The notes below the pieces were generated by a model. That model saw nothing but the letters and a program-made list of their open reading frames with translations, was not told the DNA's origin and did no database searches. Of a stretch of 64,000 nt of DNA, positions 30,780 through 41,983 are shown piece by piece (position 1 is the first letter of the stretch; the number at the start of each line of letters is the position of its first letter). This stretch comes from Promethearchaeota archaeon. Lineage in GTDB: Archaea; Asgardarchaeota; Lokiarchaeia; Sigyniarchaeales; SOKP01. The stretch spans positions 65,648 to 129,647 of the forward strand of contig JAHLWS010000071.1 in NCBI GenBank assembly GCA_019057795.1. The letters are read 5' to 3'. Made by a program: the position numbers and the translations under genes.

Positions 30780-31430
30780 TTAGATGAAGTATTTTTGCTG
30801 TAGAATTACATACTCGTCATAATCTCTAAATTCTTCATCAACAAGCGTAGCAACTATTTCGTATAACTGTCGAAAAAGTTCTTCAGGGAAAGCTTTATGC
30901 TCAAATACAATGTCACAAACTAACTCTTCTGTTAGTATTTGGGAATTAATTGGTCGATTATATAGTAAAAATTTCATCATGGAAGCATCTATTTTGGATT
31001 TTACAATATTTTTTATAATACTTAAGCTTAAGTCTCGCTTTGGATCGATAAAATAAGGAAAATTCATGTCATCGAAAATTTTAATGTAGCCTAAAGTAGA
31101 GGTTAATTTATCAACGCAATATTCTAACGAACTAATTTGAAGGGAAAACTTATCACAAAAATCCTTTTTCTTATCGTGGGCAGGGAAAGCAAAAGGATGT
31201 CTTATAACCATGTAATAAGCGGCTATGAAAAATTTATATAGATTGTGTGGTATTTTTTCTTTAATTCTTAGATATTTATAAACTATTGAGACCGTGTCAA
31301 GTATGAAATCTTGATTAACGTCAAATTGTTTTAAGAATTCCTCCCCATCCTTAATTAAACCAACTGTTATTCTATCTTTCGTGTTTAATACTTCATAATT
31401 AGTGGGATATAATTCTAACATTTCACACAC
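30780..31430 (-). CDS. Hypothetical protein, possible cyclin/TFB-repeat fold
   Basis: Helical; 'FFIAAYYMVIR...KKDFCDKFSLQISSLEYCVDKL' resembles a TFB cyclin-repeat end. Confidence 0.5.
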   Translation of the reverse strand: MCEMLELYPTNYEVLNTKDRITVGLIKDGEEFLKQFDVNQDFILDTVSIVYKYLRIKEKIPHNLYKFFIAAYYMVIRHPFAFPAHDKKKDFCDKFSLQISSLEYCVDKLTSTLGYIKIFDDMNFPYFIDPKRDLSLSIIKNIVKSKIDASMMKFLLYNRPINSQILTEELVCDIVFEHKAFPEELFRQLYEIVATLVDEEFRDYDEYVILQQKYFI

Positions 31431-31525
31431 GCATCCTTAACATTTACATTTTTTTCAAGGAAATATCGAAATATCACTTCGATAATATACAAATAACATA
31501 ACATATATTTAAATGTTGCACTCCG

Positions 31526-31542
31526 TGATCATCTTATGATCA
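31526..31542. promoter_or_regulatory. Inverted repeat in divergent promoter (candidate RHH operator)
   Basis: TGATCAT-CTT-ATGATCA between TATA-like TTTAAA boxes. Confidence 0.45.
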
Positions 31543-31610
31543 ATCATGCAAAACTTTAAATACTCTGACGATCATTTCCTTAGTAACTCCAAATTTTTGT
31601 CGGTTTAAAA

Positions 31611-32063
31611 ATGACACCAACTAACAGTAGCGAAGAAAATGAGAAGAAAAAGCCAAAGATGGATAGAGTTACTGTTAGTCTGGATGAATTTGATTACAAA
31701 GTCATTAGTAAGATGGCTAAAAACAGGAATATCGGGTTATCAGAAGCAACAAGAATAGTAATTCATAATTGGATTGAAACTAATCCAGATAAATTAAGGA
31801 CAAATTATGGTGTTGATATCAACGAACTTACAGAACAGATAGCTTTGGCTTCTATGATTGACTCTGAAAGCGAGATTATAAAAAAATTACCACAAATCTT
31901 TCAATTGGTTGATGATATCAGCTTAAAAGACTTGGCAGACCATTTGGAGATTAATGTGAAAGCAGTAAAGCATTTATTTTTCACACAAGGTGAAAAAATA
32001 AAGAAATTGGGTATAAATCTAAAATTTAAGGGAGACAGAATCTATAAGCTGAATTCGAGGTAA
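31611..32063 (+). CDS. Ribbon-helix-helix protein with C-terminal HTH
   Basis: RVTVSLDEFDYKVISKMAKNRNIGLSEATR; ISLKDLADHLEIN. Confidence 0.7.
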   Translation: MTPTNSSEENEKKKPKMDRVTVSLDEFDYKVISKMAKNRNIGLSEATRIVIHNWIETNPDKLRTNYGVDINELTEQIALASMIDSESEIIKKLPQIFQLVDDISLKDLADHLEINVKAVKHLFFTQGEKIKKLGINLKFKGDRIYKLNSR

Positions 32064-32069
32064 TCTTAA

Positions 32070-32240
32070 ATGGATAGGGTAAAAACTAAAGAATTTTCTG
32101 AGAATCCTGAATATATTAAAGAAATATCTGATATTTATTCCGGTGAGGAAACTATACGATTTGATAACCGACATCCCATTTACAAATCCTTAATGAAATT
32201 AGAGTTTGAAGATATTCTTCGAAATTTTCCAAGAATATAA
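32070..32240 (+). CDS. Unannotated 56-aa protein
   Basis: MDRVKTKEFSENPEYIKEISDIYSGEETIRFDNRHPIYKSLMKLEFEDILRNFPRI*; GAGGT SD. Confidence 0.6.
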   Translation: MDRVKTKEFSENPEYIKEISDIYSGEETIRFDNRHPIYKSLMKLEFEDILRNFPRI

Positions 32241-32263
32241 TTATTAATTAAGGGGAATCTAAA

Positions 32264-32467
32264 ATGAGCACTGAAAATATTAGAAAAGCTATTCGTGAAA
32301 GATTAGAAGAAATTTACAGGGCAGATTCAGAATTTCAGTATAATCTTTCGAAAGTTGTAATACCCTTTTCTGAATTCTTTAAAAAATCAGATTTAGTTGA
32401 TGTTGAGAAAGAATTTTCTAGTGAAAGTAAAGAGGAATATAAAAGACTTTTAATTCAGGAGCTTTAG
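32264..32467 (+). CDS. Hypothetical 67-aa protein
   Basis: AGGGG SD, operon position. Confidence 0.6.
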   Translation: MSTENIRKAIRERLEEIYRADSEFQYNLSKVVIPFSEFFKKSDLVDVEKEFSSESKEEYKRLLIQEL

Positions 32468-32787
32468 GTTAATTTTAAATAATGCAAGCTTACCTTCTTG
32501 TTCTAAAACATTTTAGAAAGAAGATTTCCTATTTAGTGGGAATCTTTTCTAATCAAAAAAATCTATGAACCTTCAAAACTTTCTACCTTTTATCTTTGTA
32601 TAGGTCGATAGAAAAAAGATAATTAGAATAGAGGTTTTTAAAGGAATACGAATAATTAAAGTTAGCTCAATATTATTGATTCTTCTAAAGTTATTTATTG
32701 ATTTATGAAAAAATTTAAAAAATCGTTATTTAATTATTATTTAATACGAATTTTAAAATTGTAATTAATTAATTTTAAGGTAATTTT

Positions 32788-33162
32788 ATGGCAGAAGAGA
32801 AAGAAGAAGAGGAAGACAATGGTTATGCGTTAGATAAAGAAGAATTAGAATTATTTCATGAAGTGCTTTTCAAACGAATAATGGACGTAATGGATAAACC
32901 TGAGGTTGATTCAAATCCATTCGAGGAAATGATAAAGGTTTTAAGTAGGTTAAGCGAAATCTTTAGCTTTAAAAGCATGATTTCTATAATTCCTGAATTA
33001 GTAGCATATGCAATGAGATATGGTATGCTGGTAGAACAAGCTTACGATAAAGATCCTACTAAATTGAAGGAAGACGAACAAGGCTTTAACGCCGAGAAAG
33101 AAGAAAAGAAGAGAAGGTCTGTTATAAAAAAGGATTTAGATAAACTTAGCCTATACTTATAA
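32788..33162 (+). CDS. Hypothetical acidic protein
   Basis: ORF with AAGGT SD. Confidence 0.65.
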   Translation: MAEEKEEEEDNGYALDKEELELFHEVLFKRIMDVMDKPEVDSNPFEEMIKVLSRLSEIFSFKSMISIIPELVAYAMRYGMLVEQAYDKDPTKLKEDEQGFNAEKEEKKRRSVIKKDLDKLSLYL

Positions 33163-33224
33163 TCATTATTCATTTTGTTATGGAGTGGCTAAAGAATTAA
33201 TAAGATAATAGGAAATAATAAAAA

Positions 33225-34079
33225 TTATAGTATTATAGAATTTTCGTCTTCTATTTTTTTTATTTTAGGCTTTTTTGTACGAATTAATTCATTTGAACCA
33301 TAAAAGATAATAATTAAGATAACGATTATTCCCAACATTATCGTATAATAAATTGGTCCTGTAAATGTGCTATTAATTGGGATGAACCAATAAGATACAT
33401 TTATTGATGTATGAAAAAGCATGACAACCAAAATACTCCTACCAGTATTATTATATAACCAAGTAAATAGTATTGATAAAAGTAATACCGATGTTAAAAA
33501 TGCGAAAAATGATTGTTCATGTTGTATTGTACTAGGAGAAAAAAAAGAAGGTAAGTGCCAGAGGCTCCATAAAACGCCAACAATAAGACTCGAAGATAAA
33601 GCATTATATTTTGATTCTAGTCGATCAAGCGCATATCCTCTCCAACCAAACTCTTCTTGTAGAGGGCCTCCAATAAAGAAAACAGTTATTATATAAGGAA
33701 TATTTATTTCCCTTCTATATAAATTTACAATTTCTGCGATAGCTATACCCTCAGTAATAATTGCTAACCCTAAAGAAAGAAAACATAAAATGGGAATTAA
33801 AACAATTGCGACTACTAAATAATGAATTTTTTCAAAAGACCATCCCCTTCTCAATAAATCAAATACACCTAAAGACCTTTCTTCCATATATGTAAGCAGA
33901 AATCCAGCAATTGTGGGGCCAAAGGTTCCTAATATTCTTAGTCCACCTACCCAATCTTCATATTGAATTGTTCCAAATCCATACATAAAGCTAGGTATCC
34001 ATAATAGCCAAGAAAATGCTAAAGTGAACATTAAATATAGCCGAAAATTCTTTTTGTCTAATTCAAGAAAATCTGGTAT
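33225..34079 (-). CDS. CPBP family intramembrane metalloprotease (CAAX/Abi)
   Basis: EEFGWRGY, WSLWHLP, FHTSIN; frame open upstream of ATG 34031 to ATA 34079. Confidence 0.9.
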   Translation of the reverse strand: MPDFLELDKKNFRLYLMFTLAFSWLLWIPSFMYGFGTIQYEDWVGGLRILGTFGPTIAGFLLTYMEERSLGVFDLLRRGWSFEKIHYLVVAIVLIPILCFLSLGLAIITEGIAIAEIVNLYRREINIPYIITVFFIGGPLQEEFGWRGYALDRLESKYNALSSSLIVGVLWSLWHLPSFFSPSTIQHEQSFFAFLTSVLLLSILFTWLYNNTGRSILVVMLFHTSINVSYWFIPINSTFTGPIYYTIMLGIIVILIIIFYGSNELIRTKKPKIKKIEDENSIIL

Positions 34080-34370
34080 AAATCAACACATCTTATATTT
34101 TTTTTATTAAAATTATAATTTCATGTAATCCAATAAATCTTTCCATAAGTTGAAATTTTTAATTATTTTAATCATTATCAAATTTCTTTTTAATAAGCCC
34201 AAGAATAAAGTATAAAACTATACCTATAATAAATCCAAAGGCAATAGTTCTGTTGTTAGTAATATTTATAATAAGATTTATTATTTAATGTCGCCTAAAA
34301 GTATATTAAAACTAAGTAAAATTTTATAATTAGTTAAATTAAAATTTAGTAAGAAATCCGTGAAAATTTT

Positions 34371-35252
34371 ATGAAATCCGAAGGTCTCACTTTTTATATA
34401 GTAGATGTTTTTGCTGAATATAGATACTCAGGAAATCAACTAGCTGTGGTTATTAGTGGAAATAAACTGTCAGATGAGGAGATGCAATTAATAGCTAAAG
34501 AAATGAATTTTTCAGAAACCAGCTTTATCACATCCGTCGAAAATTACGATGTTAGGATATTTACTCCTAAAGTAGAGTTACCGTTTGCCGGACACCCCAC
34601 GATTGGAACAGCGCATGTATTGCAGCAAGAATTTATAAAATCGAAAATCAAAACGCTATCTTTAAACTTAAAAATCGGTCAAATTGGCATATTATTTAAA
34701 TACAAAGGAGAAATTACTTCTGAGATTTGGATGGAGCACAAGGAGCCTACATTCAACGGTTTTTTCGCTCCCGATTTAGTAGCTGATGTTTTGAACTTAA
34801 ATGAAAGCGATATTGACGGCAGATTTAAAATTCAAGACATTTCTACTGGTGTCCCTACGATTATTGTGCCTTTAAAGTCGTTAGACGCCGTAAAACGCGT
34901 AAAAATCGATCACGAAAAGTACTACGCTTTAATCGAGAATACTCAAGCTAAAACTATCTTGGTATTTAGCCCAGAAACTTATAACAAAAAGAACGATTTA
35001 AACGTTCGTTTCTTTGCCGATTTTTACGGCGTTCCAGAGGATCCCGCAACAGGTTCTGCAAACGGTTGTTTAGCCGCCTATTTAGTTAAATACGAATATT
35101 TTGGTAAGAAAAAAATTGATATACGCGTTGAACAAGGCTATGAAATAGGAAGAGAATCCCTACTTCTTTTAAAGGCAGAAGAAAATGAGGAAAAATATAA
35201 TGTTACTATAGGGGGTAAAGCGATAATAGTAGCTAAAGGAAAATTATTGTAA
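34371..35252 (+). CDS. PhzF family epimerase/isomerase
   Basis: VDVF..GNQLAV, NFSETSF, ELPFAGHPT, EDPATGSA, EQG. Confidence 0.93.
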   Translation: MKSEGLTFYIVDVFAEYRYSGNQLAVVISGNKLSDEEMQLIAKEMNFSETSFITSVENYDVRIFTPKVELPFAGHPTIGTAHVLQQEFIKSKIKTLSLNLKIGQIGILFKYKGEITSEIWMEHKEPTFNGFFAPDLVADVLNLNESDIDGRFKIQDISTGVPTIIVPLKSLDAVKRVKIDHEKYYALIENTQAKTILVFSPETYNKKNDLNVRFFADFYGVPEDPATGSANGCLAAYLVKYEYFGKKKIDIRVEQGYEIGRESLLLLKAEENEEKYNVTIGGKAIIVAKGKLL

Positions 35253-35456
35253 AAGCTACTTGTAGGATAATTAATAATTTATTCAGCTCCAATAAGATTT
35301 CTAGTATATGATAAGACTTTCAAAAAAACACTACTGCTTTAAATATTTCGCTTTATAAAATCCATTAAATTGTTTCAGTGAATTAACCATATAAAAATTC
35401 CAAAATTGCGTTCAATAAAAGGATTAAAACAAAATAAAAAATAAAAAAGAAGTTAA

Positions 35457-35473
35457 GAGCGCGTAATTCGCTC
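35457..35473 (-). terminator. Hairpin plus U-tract downstream of the MFS gene
   Basis: GAGCG-7nt-CGCTC followed on the minus strand by T-runs. Confidence 0.5.
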
Positions 35474-35496
35474 CTTAATAAAATTTTATTATCTAA

Positions 35497-36885
35497 TTAT
35501 AAATTCAATTCTTTTATTATCTTTTGATTCTCGGCAACTTTATCAGGCGTTAGATCGTACCACTTCCAAAATACTAATGTACCAATCAAAATACATATCA
35601 TTGGAACTATAGCTAAATGTATGTGAATACCGAATTTCGCAGCGGCACTATATGGATCAGTAGCAAAGTCGGTGAATACATGGGCTAATGTGAAACTTAG
35701 AGCTTGGAAGAAAATTGCTAAGCGTCCAAAAAATTGTTGAAACCCAGCATAAACGCCCTCTTGTCGTCTCTTAAGCTTAACTATTGATTCGTCTACAACA
35801 TCAGCCAATACAGGGGCAATCATAGCCCAATATCCACCAATTGTTAAACCCCAAATTACCATGGCAATAACTATAAGCAAATATTCTTCGAGAAATATTA
35901 AAGGTATTGTAAAAATACCCATTAGTAAACCACAGTACACCATAACCTTTTTGTTATTGTTTGTCTTGTGAGCCGCCATGATCCATAATGGCGTTGCAAT
36001 TAAAGAACCTATAAGAAAACCGGCAAAAATTAGTAAGGTTGCTTTTTCGTCCATGCCTAATAAATTATCTACTACATACGGAACTGAAGCGGTCATCGAT
36101 TGTACTAATGTCCGATATAAAGTATATGATATAATAAAAGCAACAAAACTTTTTTGTTTCAAGGCGGTGCCTAATGATTTAATAAATGGTAGTCCCTTTT
36201 CTTGAGTTTCATGTGTTGCTAAATATTTATCAACTGCGTCTTGATCGTCTCTTACACCCGGGATTGCTAAACCTATAGCTATTAGTCCGATAATAATAAC
36301 AACTCCCCCTTGAACTATGTAAGATGAAGCATTTCCTTGTGTCAGAAAAAGAGGGGGCAAAATCGCACCGAGAGCAACACCTACAAGTCCTACGGGTATT
36401 TGTAATCCCGAAGCAGTTCTCCGTTCCTTAACTGAACGAAATTTATCGGGGAATAGAGCTGAAAAGTTTACCCAGAAAATTGAATTAAATGTATCAAATA
36501 AGCATGTTGTAAAAACTAGCCATAAAAACAATATCCAAGCACCTGTTTCGGGATTTACCGCAGGTGGCGTAAAAATAAGTATATAACTGAAAATAAAGGG
36601 AACTGCACCCATTAGAATCCAAGGAAAGCGTCTACCCCATTTTTTCGTAAACTTAAAGGGTCTGTTAGTAAAATAACCAACGAGAGGGTCGTTAATTGCG
36701 TTGTAAGCAGCGAATATAAAAAATCCTAAACCTACTAACCACACATTTAAACCAAGTTCTATCTCGTAAAAATAAAAGGCCCAAGTACCAAAAGCCATCG
36801 CTAAAAATTCGTTCATAAAGTTTCCGAAGCCATAAGAAGCCATGTTTTTTTTTGAGTGTCTTATTTCACTTGTTTCTTTTGACAA
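35497..36885 (-). CDS. MFS transporter, GPH/MelB-like family
   Basis: NAINDPLVG, WGRRFPW, ADVVDE..RRQEGVY; ~12 TM. Confidence 0.9.
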   Translation of the reverse strand: MSKETSEIRHSKKNMASYGFGNFMNEFLAMAFGTWAFYFYEIELGLNVWLVGLGFFIFAAYNAINDPLVGYFTNRPFKFTKKWGRRFPWILMGAVPFIFSYILIFTPPAVNPETGAWILFLWLVFTTCLFDTFNSIFWVNFSALFPDKFRSVKERRTASGLQIPVGLVGVALGAILPPLFLTQGNASSYIVQGGVVIIIGLIAIGLAIPGVRDDQDAVDKYLATHETQEKGLPFIKSLGTALKQKSFVAFIISYTLYRTLVQSMTASVPYVVDNLLGMDEKATLLIFAGFLIGSLIATPLWIMAAHKTNNNKKVMVYCGLLMGIFTIPLIFLEEYLLIVIAMVIWGLTIGGYWAMIAPVLADVVDESIVKLKRRQEGVYAGFQQFFGRLAIFFQALSFTLAHVFTDFATDPYSAAAKFGIHIHLAIVPMICILIGTLVFWKWYDLTPDKVAENQKIIKELNL

Positions 36886-37048
36886 ATATAATCACTTAAT
36901 TTTTTTTTAAATTATTTTTGTTATTCTTAATATTTGTCAGTGTTCTTTTTAAAATTATAGCTTTATTTTTATTTTATTTTTTTTAATCAATTTAGTAATT
37001 TATAATTTCAATTATGAAATTAGTTCTAATAAAAAAGATTTCTGAAAT

Positions 37049-37879
37049 TTATTTATATTTTAAAATGAACTCAGAAATTGGCTCAAAGTATTCTTCCTTA
37101 AATGAAATAATCGTATTATGCCCAGCATCCTCAATTAATATTAATTTTTTATCTATATTATTTGGAAGGTTTTTATATAACAATTCTGATTCAGTATGAG
37201 GGATTATCCAATCTGTTGTTCCGTGAATGATTAATGTAGGTTTTTTAAATTTTCTTACCCTAGTATCGTTTGAATATTCTTCTAACGAATCTGAAGTCAA
37301 ATATGGGCTACTAATTCGAAATAAATTTGTCATCATGTTGTAAATGCTGGCGAATCCACTTTCAAATATTATTCCGCGTAAATCAACAGGATTGTGTGAG
37401 CCAATTTCTGCAGCACATACGCTTCCAAGAGACCTTCCTAGGATGAAAAGAGAGTTTAACAATCCTCTTTGGTTCATCCATTCTTTAAATGCGGTGTAAA
37501 TTGGCATAGCATCGGATATTAAACTAGTGTAATAAGGTTCACCAGAACTAAAACCATATCCACGAAAATCAACGACCGCTAGGTTTACTTTAATCTCAAA
37601 AAATATGGGAGCAATATACTGATAGTCTAAGGCAATCTCGCCGTTTCCGTGAAATAACAAAATTGTTGGATTTTTAACATCGTTTTTATAGAAAAATCCT
37701 CCAATTTCTATACCATTACCAATATTTAACCTGAGAATTTCTGTATTTTGGTCTAAATCGTTAGGTATTGCTATTTTTCGAGGATAAAAAACAATATTTG
37801 AAACTACTGGATTGTCAATTAATATTTTCTTTTCCATTATAACGCTCCATTTTGGATTATTTAAAAAAATAAAAAGCAA
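37049..37879 (-). CDS. Alpha/beta hydrolase (ABHD13/17-like)
   Basis: FHGNGE, DFRGYG, GRSLG, IHGTTD, AGHN; true start probably the internal MEKK. Confidence 0.9.
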   Translation of the reverse strand: MLFIFLNNPKWSVIMEKKILIDNPVVSNIVFYPRKIAIPNDLDQNTEILRLNIGNGIEIGGFFYKNDVKNPTILLFHGNGEIALDYQYIAPIFFEIKVNLAVVDFRGYGFSSGEPYYTSLISDAMPIYTAFKEWMNQRGLLNSLFILGRSLGSVCAAEIGSHNPVDLRGIIFESGFASIYNMMTNLFRISSPYLTSDSLEEYSNDTRVRKFKKPTLIIHGTTDWIIPHTESELLYKNLPNNIDKKLILIEDAGHNTIISFKEEYFEPISEFILKYK

Positions 37880-38030
37880 TTAATCTTTGATTTAAGAATA
37901 TCATCGTATTCTATTAAATTCTTCTGACAATTTTATAGAAAAATAATGCTTAAAACTAATAAAAAGACTTAATTATGAATTTTATTATTAATTAAACATA
38001 TAAATTTTAATATATTACGAGTGAAAAGTC

Positions 38031-38702
38031 ATTTTAGAAAAAAGTGAGATTTTATTCGACAAGCTCAATAGGCAACCGCTAATTTTAAGCGCAATAATAG
38101 TTCCAGTTTTATCCATTTTAATTTCTATCATCTTATACGCTATAAATGATCCCTCTTTCAGCTTTATTACGCATTATCTAAGCGATTTAGGGGCAGGACC
38201 TAATGGAGTTGGTTTAGTATTTAGCATAGGAATGATACTAACTAGTGTTGTGACGATATTTTTCTTTCTACATTTAAGCACTTATTTGATCAATAGAAAG
38301 GGAAATAAATATTTCATCCTAATCGCGTTCGTCTCTGGTTTAATTTCCTCAATTGGAACTTTCTTTGTGGGAATCTTTCCCATAAATATTTATTTAGACT
38401 TGCACAATTTTTCGGCGAGTTTTTTCTTTCTTGGAGGTTTCGCTTACTGTCTATTTTTTGCGATCTCTGAACTATCCACTCCTAAAATTTCTAAATATCA
38501 AGCGTTATCTGGATTTGTTGTTTGTTTCTTTTTCTTTGTATTTATCTTCTATAGTTCTATACATTATTATGACCCTGAACTCTGCTTAATAGAATCTTAC
38601 ATCTCAGAATGGATACTTTTTTCTGTGTTAATTTCATGGATTGTTGAACACGAGATATACATCTTTAGAGCCGAAAAAAAACGTAATAGCCTTTGTTTAT
38701 AA
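38031..38702 (+). CDS. DUF998-like membrane protein
   Basis: Frame open 67 codons upstream of ATG 38232, containing a TM helix and [17 protein letters not shown]; GIFP..LH; start codon uncertain. Confidence 0.7.
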   Translation: MLEKSEILFDKLNRQPLILSAIIVPVLSILISIILYAINDPSFSFITHYLSDLGAGPNGVGLVFSIGMILTSVVTIFFFLHLSTYLINRKGNKYFILIAFVSGLISSIGTFFVGIFPINIYLDLHNFSASFFFLGGFAYCLFFAISELSTPKISKYQALSGFVVCFFFFVFIFYSSIHYYDPELCLIESYISEWILFSVLISWIVEHEIYIFRAEKKRNSLCL

Positions 38703-39452
38703 AGCTTTGCCTTGATTTGCGACGGCTTCCATCGCTTCTTTAACTTCTTCTGCATCCCCCAAGTAATAATGCTTTATAGGTTTTAAGTCGTCGTCTAGCT
38801 CGTAAATTAACGGGATTCCTGTTGGAATGTTTAATTTTATTATTTCATCTTCAGAGAGATTATCCAAATACTTGACAAGTGCGCGTAAGCTATTCCCGTG
38901 TGCCGATATCAAAACTCTCTTTCCTTTTTTAATTGTGGGGGCGATTGTCTCGTGCCAATACGGTAAGAATCGCTCAACAGTATCTTTTAAACATTCTGTT
39001 AACGGAATATCTTCAGAGTTTAAATCCTTATACTTTGGGTCGGTTCCAGGATACCTTGGATCTGATGACTTAAGAGCTGGTGGAGGAACATCGTAGCTTC
39101 TTCTCCAAATAAGGACTTGTTCTTCCCCAATTTCTTTCGCCATTTTTGCCTTATAAAAACCTTGTAAAGCTCCATAATGCCGTTCATTTAATCTCCATGA
39201 TCTGTAAACGGGTATCCACATTAAATCCATTACATCTAATACGATCCACAGAGTTCTTATACCGCGTTTCAGTACAGATGTAAAAGCAACATCAAAGGTA
39301 AATCCCTCATCTTTTAATAGTTGTCCCGCTTTCTTATCTTCCTCAATACCTTTTTTTGAAAGATCAACATCTGTCCAACCCGTAAATCTATTCTCTTTAT
39401 TCCAGATACTTTCTCCGTGGCGTAAAAGTACTAATTTCATCATAATAATCAC
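38697..39452 (-). CDS. gpmA: 2,3-bisphosphoglycerate-dependent phosphoglycerate mutase
   Basis: [38 protein letters not shown]. Confidence 0.96.
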   Translation of the reverse strand: MIIMMKLVLLRHGESIWNKENRFTGWTDVDLSKKGIEEDKKAGQLLKDEGFTFDVAFTSVLKRGIRTLWIVLDVMDLMWIPVYRSWRLNERHYGALQGFYKAKMAKEIGEEQVLIWRRSYDVPPPALKSSDPRYPGTDPKYKDLNSEDIPLTECLKDTVERFLPYWHETIAPTIKKGKRVLISAHGNSLRALVKYLDNLSEDEIIKLNIPTGIPLIYELDDDLKPIKHYYLGDAEEVKEAMEAVANQGKAL

Positions 39453-39561
39453 TTTTTTTAGAAATAATTTGAATATTTAAGTAATCTATAACTAGTAAAT
39501 ATTATAAATATTTACCAATTTACTCGTAATATAAAATAAGAAAACTATACTTTTAGGTGTT

Positions 39562-40233
39562 TTGTTATTGAATAAAAGAGGAATTTTAAAAGGAGCTAAT
39601 CGTAAAGAAGCAACTTGGAAAAAAACTAAGCTTGGCGAACCGTTTAAAGAAGCTTTAGATCGGTTCAGAACCGATGTTTTAAACCGAAACGATTTTGATG
39701 CGACTTCTCTTTTGCAATTTGGTCTATTTATGTCTATGGCTGTTATTAACATTTTAAAAGAAAGCGAAAAAAAATTAGGGAAAGAAGGCCAAAAAGTAGT
39801 AATTGACGCGTTAATCAAAACAGGTTATAACATGGGCAACCAAATTTTAGAAAATATTCAATTACCAACTGAAATTTCTGATATAGAACTAATGAGTTTT
39901 TTAGCAACCATCATCAACACGCAAGCTTGGACTTCCATCGAAGATCCACGTATAGATAAGGAAGATCAATGCTCTTTCGATATAATTTGGTGTCCGTTGC
40001 AGGATGTTTACAAAGCTTTCGATTGCCGAGTACAAAGGTATTTAGTCCAAGGAATATTGAATGCATTTAGAGATTCCGGTGTTTTAAAGTCTGATTATCA
40101 AGTAGAATTCAAATCGACGATTCCCGCTGGAGCAAATACTTGCCATTTTATTATTACTAAGAAAAAACCAAACGAACAAGATAAATGGAAATCTTATTCT
40201 AAGGAATTAGAAAAGAAGGCTTTAGAAAAATAA
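39562..40233 (+). CDS. V4R/ATC-hydrolase-like protein
   Basis: WCPL..DC..STIPAGANTCHF. Confidence 0.6.
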   Translation: MLLNKRGILKGANRKEATWKKTKLGEPFKEALDRFRTDVLNRNDFDATSLLQFGLFMSMAVINILKESEKKLGKEGQKVVIDALIKTGYNMGNQILENIQLPTEISDIELMSFLATIINTQAWTSIEDPRIDKEDQCSFDIIWCPLQDVYKAFDCRVQRYLVQGILNAFRDSGVLKSDYQVEFKSTIPAGANTCHFIITKKKPNEQDKWKSYSKELEKKALEK

Positions 40234-40368
40234 TGATCTAATAAATATTTAAATATTATAAAAATCAAATAATTTTTTGTCTAAACTTAAATACAAAAAA
40301 AAAGTAATAAGAATTAACGCTCCAAAAAATAATTAAGATAAATTCTATTAAATCGATTTATAAAATCA

Positions 40369-41061
40369 ATGATTAAAGTGAAAAATAAAAGAAACTATTG
40401 GTTGAGTGCCTTGTGTTTTTTAATTTTTTTCATAAATTTTCCAATAAACTCGGTTAGCAACACAGTCTTAGGTGAATCTGTGTTTCCTGCCGAAATAAAC
40501 GACGAATTCGTCTGGAAATCTGTAAATGCCACCGAATCGTGGTATATGGAAGTTAATTATATACGATTTACCGCTACAAATATATATAATGAGACTAATA
40601 ATGATAAAATTTATCTATTCGTAAACTATACGCTTGAATATTATTATAGAAATAATTGGTTACCAGAATACATTAACTCGTTTTATATGGCTTATAATAA
40701 AACTTTAGACTTTTTAAATTGGTCAGCAGAAGGGTTTCAACGTGGAAATTTGTTCTTGTTTCCAACTCCCGTTAACTATTCCCTAATTGGAGAGGCAATA
40801 AAAATAGCCGGTTTTTTTGACTATTCAATTTCGGGGAAAAAGCTCATTTTAGACTATAGAAATAGCACTACTATTGAATTAACTATAGATCCTTCTGGAA
40901 TTTCTACGATAATAGAAAAAATTACGAACGGCACCACAATATATCGTTGGGAACTAAATAAAGAAGAAATCATTATTAGGGTTCCTTTTGGAAACTACTA
41001 TTTAATCGTTTTGATAATAAGCGTAATGTCTCTCGTAATCGTTAAAAAAAAAAGATGTTGA
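40369..41061 (+). CDS. Secreted protein with C-terminal Loki-CTERM-like anchor
   Basis: Signal peptide; VPFGNYYL + TM + KKKR tail; many N-x-S/T sites. Confidence 0.7.
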   Translation: MIKVKNKRNYWLSALCFLIFFINFPINSVSNTVLGESVFPAEINDEFVWKSVNATESWYMEVNYIRFTATNIYNETNNDKIYLFVNYTLEYYYRNNWLPEYINSFYMAYNKTLDFLNWSAEGFQRGNLFLFPTPVNYSLIGEAIKIAGFFDYSISGKKLILDYRNSTTIELTIDPSGISTIIEKITNGTTIYRWELNKEEIIIRVPFGNYYLIVLIISVMSLVIVKKKRC

Positions 41062-41101
41062 TATCTTTCAATCATTAATTTTTTATTTGATTTATTTATC
41101 C

Positions 41102-41983
41102 TTAAGTACTTTCAATATCTCCTTTATATATATCAAATGGGACTCTTTCATTTGTGTCGACCAGCCTTCTTAAAAAGTTTTTTTTGCTGTCCTCAAGTGC
41201 TTTCTGGGTTGGCTGGTACTTTCTCGCGGGTTGACCGATGTATATGTAGTTAGGTTCTAATATTTGTCCTATGTGCGTTACTGCCCAGATACCCAGAGTT
41301 GTACTTTTTCCTATAATAGTTCCTGGTGCAACAATTGAATGTCCTCCTAAAACAACATGATCGCCAATAATAACCTTTTTGATTAAAAGATGATCGTTGT
41401 TATCAATTCTAACGATCATACTAGACATAATAACCGCACCTTGACCAACCATCATGTTGTCCCCTAATTCAATAAATTCGGTATCCAACCACCCGTCGAA
41501 AAGAGTACTTTTAAAATCGGTACGAACGCCCAATAATTTAAAAGCAAGATTGGTAGCCCAGGGGAAGCAGAAATTATTCCAAATCCAAAATACAAACTTT
41601 TTGACAACAACTCGTAAACAAAAGTAGTAATAATCGTTATTGCCGTTAATTTCAAATAAACCCTCGCGTGGTTTGTGCAATAGTTTCAATATAATCAAAA
41701 ATAGTTTTCCTAGTAAGAGACTAACTAGCAAATACGCGCCCCACCACGCTAAAACATCTACAAAGATTATAAAAAGCCTCCAGTGTAAAAAGTTCGAATT
41801 CATAGCACTTGGAAAGAATGTTAAGATCATGACTAATGGCATAAGAATGGATAAAATATGTAAAATTATAAAAATTAAGGACGCAACAGGATACCAATGA
41901 AAGGTATTTGTTGTTATCGGATACGACGCGGGCGCAATTGAATCGCGTCTTTTTTCGGATAAGTTATTTTCTTTATTCTCCAG
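41102..41983 (-). CDS. Membrane protein with one left-handed beta-helix (hexapeptide) unit
   Basis: KVIIGDHVVLGGHSIVAPGTIIG; frame open upstream to CTG 41983, which overlaps the upstream gene end. Confidence 0.8.
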   Translation of the reverse strand: MENKENNLSEKRRDSIAPASYPITTNTFHWYPVASLIFIILHILSILMPLVMILTFFPSAMNSNFLHWRLFIIFVDVLAWWGAYLLVSLLLGKLFLIILKLLHKPREGLFEINGNNDYYYFCLRVVVKKFVFWIWNNFCFPWATNLAFKLLGVRTDFKSTLFDGWLDTEFIELGDNMMVGQGAVIMSSMIVRIDNNDHLLIKKVIIGDHVVLGGHSIVAPGTIIGKSTTLGIWAVTHIGQILEPNYIYIGQPARKYQPTQKALEDSKKNFLRRLVDTNERVPFDIYKGDIEST

